DNA from: Longimicrobiales bacterium
GTDB taxonomy: Bacteria; Gemmatimonadota; Gemmatimonadetes; Longimicrobiales; RSA9
Assembly: GCA_035465395.1 (NCBI GenBank)
Contig: DATHRK010000102.1
Span: 191 to 64,190, forward strand
DNA length: 64,000 bases
Reading direction: 5' to 3'
Shown here: one piece after another, positions 60,336-64,000 of the stretch
How the letters are laid out: the number at the start of each line of letters is the position of its first letter
Position numbering within the stretch: position 1 is the stretch's first letter
Made by a program: the position numbers and the translations under genes
The notes under the pieces: model-generated
Seen by the model: only the letters and a program-made list of their open reading frames with translations
Told to the model about the DNA's origin: nothing
Databases searched by the model: none

Positions 60336-60515
60336 TCAGCTCACGCCGGCGCTGTTCAGGACGTTCGTCGCACGGCCGAACGAGTTTGCGATCGCCGTGC
60401 GCAGGCTCGAGATGGCCGTCACCAGTACGACCGCGATCAGAGCCAACAAGAGCGCGTACTCGGCCAGGTCCTGCCCGGCCTCGTCGCGCCAGAACATCCG
60501 CAAGTCCGCATTCAT
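60336..60515 (-). CDS. flp: Flp-family pilin (59 aa)
   Basis: MNADLRMFWRDEAGQDLAEYALLLALIAVVLVTAISSL...NSAGVS. ATG 60515. Confidence 0.85.
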   Translation of the reverse strand: MNADLRMFWRDEAGQDLAEYALLLALIAVVLVTAISSLRTAIANSFGRATNVLNSAGVS

Positions 60516-60574
60516 TTTTCGACCCCCCTCGGTCGGTGCCGTCACCCGGCCTTCGTGACCGGGACCTACGGGCG

Positions 60575-60609
60575 CCGGGACCGGAGACCGCGAGGGCCTC
60601 CGATCCCGG
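60575..60609 (-). terminator. 12-bp stem-loop between the first and second flp genes (attenuator/terminator candidate)
   Basis: Plus-strand CCGGGACCGGAG (60575-86) pairs with CTCCGATCCCGG (60598-609). The match is 11/12 Watson-Crick. The twelfth position is a G-U wobble in the minus-strand RNA. 11-nt loop. Confidence 0.45.
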
Positions 60610-60630
60610 TCTGCCCAACTGATGTCAGCC

Positions 60631-60810
60631 TTAGCTGACGCCGGCGTTGTTGAGAACGTTCGTCGCGCGGCCGAAAGCCGTCACGATCGCGTTCCGCAGG
60701 CCGGTGATGGCCGTCACGAGCACCACGGCCAGCAGCGCCAGAAGCAGCGCGTACTCGGCCAGATCCTGCCCGGACTCGTCCATCCAGAAGTTGCGAATCA
60801 CGGCGTCCAT
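60631..60810 (-). CDS. flp: Flp-family pilin (59 aa), first gene of the tad operon
   Basis: MDAVIRNFWMDESGQDLAEYALLLALLAVVLVTAITGL...NNAGVS. ATG 60810. Close paralogue of 60336..60515. Confidence 0.85.
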   Translation of the reverse strand: MDAVIRNFWMDESGQDLAEYALLLALLAVVLVTAITGLRNAIVTAFGRATNVLNNAGVS

Positions 60811-61061
60811 GGATCGACTACCCTTTCCTGAGTGTGACCTTGCCACCCCGCGGTGGCGCTCAGCTGCTTGCGGGTCGGTGAACCGTCTCTAATGACGTCG
60901 CCCCACCCGTCCCTCGGACCAACCGGTCGACTCGAGGGTCCTGCGTCCTGCACCTTCAACTCGGCCAGTCGGCCTCGTTCCATCCCGACGGTTCGCCGCC
61001 CCTGCGGGGGCGACCGTCCATAGCCTCCACGGACAAGCCGCGCGAGCCAACCGGAACCTTC

Positions 61062-61077
61062 AACAAGTCGCGTGCCA
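61062..61077 (-). promoter_or_regulatory. sigma54-like -24/-12 element upstream of the flp genes
   Basis: Minus strand reads TGGCACG-CGAC-TTGTT versus consensus TGGCACG-N4-TTGCW, with one mismatch at the -12 C. Correct orientation, about 250 nt upstream of flp ATG 60810. Confidence 0.35.
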
Positions 61078-61112
61078 AACTGCTCTTTTGGTCCAAGTCT
61101 TTATTCTTCAAT

Positions 61113-61128
61113 GACTTGGCGACTTGGC
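61113..61128. repeat. tandem 8-mer GACTTGGC x2 in the flp upstream region
   Basis: gacttggcgacttggc read directly. It sits 36 nt upstream (minus-strand sense) of the sigma54-like element. Confidence 0.6.
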
Positions 61129-61187
61129 TACCTCGGCACCGGATTCCCGCCAGTAATAGATCGTTACCTCGATCAGGTACTGTTTTA

Positions 61188-62153
61188 TTACGTGCCCTCG
61201 GCGGTTTCGGCTTGCAGGCCCGCGTCACTGGCGCCGGAAGTCGCGGCCAGGCGGCCCAGGAGCCGCGGCGCCAGCTTCCAGCCCACAATTGCTATACCCG
61301 CTCCCGCCGCGAGATCGATCACCCAGTGCTCGGCGCCGTAGACCAGCGCGAATCCCATGGCCGCCGCGTAGGCCCACCCCAGCACGGCCCAGCCCCGCCC
61401 GAGCCGCGCCACCGCCAGCGCGATGAGCACGGTCAGCGCGGTGTGATAGGAGGGCATCGCGGAAACGTCGTTTCCGCTCGCGTCCTGCCCCAGCTCGTAG
61501 ACCGTCGTCTGCTCGCCCAGCCAGCTGTCGTGCAGGATCCTGGGCGCCTCGCCGATGTGTCCCCCCAGCGCCGCCATCCAGGGCGGCTCGGTGGGTACGG
61601 CCCAGTGGATCGGCAGGCCGATCAGGAAGACGACCACGCCCGCGGCCAACATGCGCTCGGCCCCCGGCCGATCGGCCCGGAACAGCAGCGGGGCCAGCAC
61701 CACGAACGCGAAGAAGAAGCTGACGTAGACCCCGACCAGGAGCGGCTCCGCCGGGGCCAGAGCTCCCGACAGCCAGTCCTGGAGCGCGATCGTGGGCACG
61801 CGCCCGAGGCCGAGCGCCCGATCCAGCACGACCGCATACTCGACGCGGATCGGGGCGAAGCCGTCGTCGGCGAGCCTGCGCAGCGCGACGTAGAGCAGGA
61901 AAACGAGCGGGTAGAGCGCGAGGATCCGCGTGGTCCGGTCGGTGCGCCGCAGAGCCACGAACCCCAGGAGGCCGGCGACGACCACCCAGCTCCACGCGCC
62001 CAGCAGATCCAGCAGGATCGTGAGGTAGAAGCTGATCGCGATGACGAACAGGAGCGCGTAGTGGAGCGGGGTCGCTCCAGCGCGGGCCGCCTCGGTCCGC
62101 GGCGCGGCTCCGGATGCCTGCTCCGGTTCCCGCGGGACCGCCGTCACGACCAT
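61188..62153 (-). CDS. PAP2-superfamily membrane phosphatase-like protein
   Basis: Polytopic protein. C-terminal SAMPSYHTALTVL and GAEHWVIDLAAG resemble PAP2 motifs (SxH, HxxxD). ATG 62153 preferred over GTG 62279 because the intervening 42 codons are Arg/Gly-rich. Confidence 0.65.
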   Translation of the reverse strand: MVVTAVPREPEQASGAAPRTEAARAGATPLHYALLFVIAISFYLTILLDLLGAWSWVVVAGLLGFVALRRTDRTTRILALYPLVFLLYVALRRLADDGFAPIRVEYAVVLDRALGLGRVPTIALQDWLSGALAPAEPLLVGVYVSFFFAFVVLAPLLFRADRPGAERMLAAGVVVFLIGLPIHWAVPTEPPWMAALGGHIGEAPRILHDSWLGEQTTVYELGQDASGNDVSAMPSYHTALTVLIALAVARLGRGWAVLGWAYAAAMGFALVYGAEHWVIDLAAGAGIAIVGWKLAPRLLGRLAATSGASDAGLQAETAEGT

Positions 62154-62383
62154 CGAAAGGGTCCTGTCGCCAGGCCTCCACCCTGCACTCGCCTCACCTC
62201 CCCTAACCGCCACCCTCCGAGCCGCTTCCAAGGTCTCACCGGGCCATCCGCGGCGCAAGCACGACGTGTGGTCCGGCACCCGGGGTGGCCCGGGGGTCGA
62301 CCCGGATGTCAGGTTCGGAGACGGATGCCGGGACGCACAGGGTCGACCGCACGTGCCGAGGGGAGCAGGGTGGGAAGAGGTCG

Positions 62384-64000
62384 ATGAAGATGGCGAAGGC
62401 GGAACAGGACCGGTCAGCGTCGACGAACGCGAACGCTCGCGGCCTGCAGTGGCTCACGCTCCTGGTCTGGACCGCCGCCGTGGCGGGCGCCATCAACGCG
62501 TTTCAGCGGCCCCTCCACGTGGACGTCGGCTTCCTTCTCGATGTCGCCGGACGCGTGCTCGACGGCGAGCGCCTGTACACCGACATCCTCGAGCCCAACC
62601 CCCCCCTCGTCGTCTACCTCATGACGCTCCCGGCCGGGTTCGCCCGGCTCACCGGCGTCGACGCCGTCGTGTGCTTCCGGACGGGCTTCCTCCTGCTCAT
62701 CGCGGCGTCCGCCATCGTGACGTGGTGGGTCGGGCGCCGCTGGCTACCGGCCGGCGCCGCCGGGTTCCTCGCGGCCGCATCCACCGCCGCCGTGCTCCTG
62801 ATCGAGCCCGGGGAGCTCGGACAGAGGGACGGCGCCATGTTCGTCCTTCTCCTGCCCTACCTCGTGGCGGCCGGGGCGCACCGCGCGGGGCATGGAATCC
62901 CTCGCTGGCTCGCTGGGGGGATCGGCGTGGCGGCCGGCGTCGGCATCGCGCTCAAGCCGTTCTTCCTCGTCGTGCTCGCCGCGGTGGAGATTCTCATGCT
63001 CCTCACGCGCGGTGGCGCCGCCGCCCGCCGCGTTGCCGCCGTCGCCGCCTGGACGACGCTCGCGCTCTACGGCGGGTTCGTCGTCCTGTTCCACCGGGAG
63101 TACTTCGGCATCGCCGCGCTGGCCGCCGAGCACTACGCTTTCTTCGCTCCCATCGCCCGCGTCGATCTCGCGGCGCTCGCGCTGATCCTCGGGGCGATCG
63201 CGGCGTGGGGATTCCTGCTCGCGTGGGCGCGGGAAGGCGCCCGCCCGCTCGCGCCGGTTCTGTTTTTCGCGACGGCCGCGGTGCTGTCCTCCGTCGTCCT
63301 CCAGGGCAAGGGATTTCCCTACCACTGGGTGCCCGCGTACGTAGCGACCGTGGCGATGCTCGCGTTTGCCGCGGCGGTGATCGCGCGCCCCGGCCGGCCC
63401 ATGCTGCTCGCCCCCGCGGTGCTGATCGCCATCGGCCTGGGGTGGGCCGCCTGGAGCGCGCACGCGAGCACGGACGAGGCTTGGGCACGGCTGGATCGCT
63501 ATCCCTACCACCTCTCGGCGTTCCAGCGCATTGTCGAGACGGCCGCGCCCGGGGAGCCCGTCCTCAGCTTCTGGGTCGCCCCGGGGTTCCCGCTCGTCAC
63601 GTACTCTTCCGCGACCTGGGGGTCGAGCTTCAGCTCGCACTGGCTGCTGCCGTCGATGAACGTCCGCTCGGGCCGCGGTGGGGACGCCTCGGCGACTCGC
63701 CGGTTCGTGCTGGACGTCCTGGAGCGCGACCTCCGCGGGCGGCGGCCGGGGCTGCTGCTGATCGACCGAGCGCCCCGCTACAACAACCTGGTCGGGTTCG
63801 ACTTCCTCGCCTTCATGCGGTCCGATTCGGCGGTCGCCCAGTCGCTGGATGCCTATCGCGAGCTGACGAGCATCGGCTCCTTCGTCGTCCTCGTCCGGGG
63901 GGACCTGGACCAGCGAATCGAGGTCGCCGGGGCGGGGCCGGGCCGCGTCGACCCGCGGCTACGGTTCGCTACCGTAGAGGAATCAGCCGGTCCCGCACGA
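62384..64000 (+). CDS. large polytopic membrane protein, GT-C (ArnT/PMT-like glycosyltransferase) fold candidate; runs off the right edge
   Basis: Not in the ORF track (no stop). Own translation from ATG 62384, after GGAAGAGG, is open for all 539 codons: MKMAKAEQDRS...LQWLTLLVWTAAVAGAINAF... At least 9 TM helices, then a soluble C-terminal part. Confidence 0.55.
   Translation, partial: MKMAKAEQDRSASTNANARGLQWLTLLVWTAAVAGAINAFQRPLHVDVGFLLDVAGRVLDGERLYTDILEPNPPLVVYLMTLPAGFARLTGVDAVVCFRTGFLLLIAASAIVTWWVGRRWLPAGAAGFLAAASTAAVLLIEPGELGQRDGAMFVLLLPYLVAAGAHRAGHGIPRWLAGGIGVAAGVGIALKPFFLVVLAAVEILMLLTRGGAAARRVAAVAAWTTLALYGGFVVLFHREYFGIAALAAEHYAFFAPIARVDLAALALILGAIAAWGFLLAWAREGARPLAPVLFFATAAVLSSVVLQGKGFPYHWVPAYVATVAMLAFAAAVIARPGRPMLLAPAVLIAIGLGWAAWSAHASTDEAWARLDRYPYHLSAFQRIVETAAPGEPVLSFWVAPGFPLVTYSSATWGSSFSSHWLLPSMNVRSGRGGDASATRRFVLDVLERDLRGRRPGLLLIDRAPRYNNLVGFDFLAFMRSDSAVAQSLDAYRELTSIGSFVVLVRGDLDQRIEVAGAGPGRVDPRLRFATVEESAGPAR

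Noticed and set aside
60956-61288. 110-aa ORF (-) spanning the flp upstream region
   Set aside because: It starts inside the PAP2 gene in another frame, has mixed composition (KSLKNKDLDQKSS...) and has AT-rich third positions unlike real genes here. The region is better explained as regulatory DNA.

Overview
Very GC-rich (about 70%, GC3 above 90% in core genes) chromosomal segment from a diderm bacterium, shown by a BamB-like lipoprotein, a secretin and a TPR/beta-barrel porin. The phylum cannot be fixed from sequence alone. Most long ORFs in the six-frame track are Arg/Gly/Ala-rich shadows of real genes on the other strand or frame. Two real genes run off the window edges and are missing from the track: alr at 1..609(-) and a GT-C-like membrane protein at 62384..64000(+). 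Layout: (1) 1-11 kb holds housekeeping genes (alr, mazG, S9 peptidase, D-aminoacylase, asnS, BamB-like, recG). (2) 11-31.6 kb is a minus-strand block, ftsY / VWA membrane protein / M23 peptidase, then a full dcw cluster (mraZ-rsmH-ftsL-ftsI-murE-murF-mraY-murD-ftsW-murG/murC-ftsQ-ftsA-ftsZ). In the dcw cluster every junction from mraZ to ftsA overlaps, and murG and murC share one uninterrupted frame. A near-consensus sigma70 promoter with phased TGGGG (MraZ-box-like) repeats sits upstream of mraZ. (3) 32-40.5 kb holds a TPR protein, a DUF4105-like protein, rhodanese, a Lon-N-domain protein, an HD-GYP response regulator and a hybrid histidine kinase. (4) 40.5-60.8 kb is a 20 kb all-minus-strand adhesion supercluster. 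It contains three tandem flp pilin genes and a complete Tad/Cpa pilus machine, then a DUF192 / MoxR-like AAA+ / repeat-protein trio, then a rearranged pga-like synthase-dependent exopolysaccharide operon. That operon is headed by an unusual KaiC-like ATPase fused to a pseudo-receiver and a degenerate GGDEF domain with a retained RxxD site. This is my best candidate for an undescribed regulatory system. (5) 61-64 kb holds a divergent PAP2 phosphatase / GT-C-like membrane protein pair. I recognised no rRNA, tRNA, CRISPR array or transposase.
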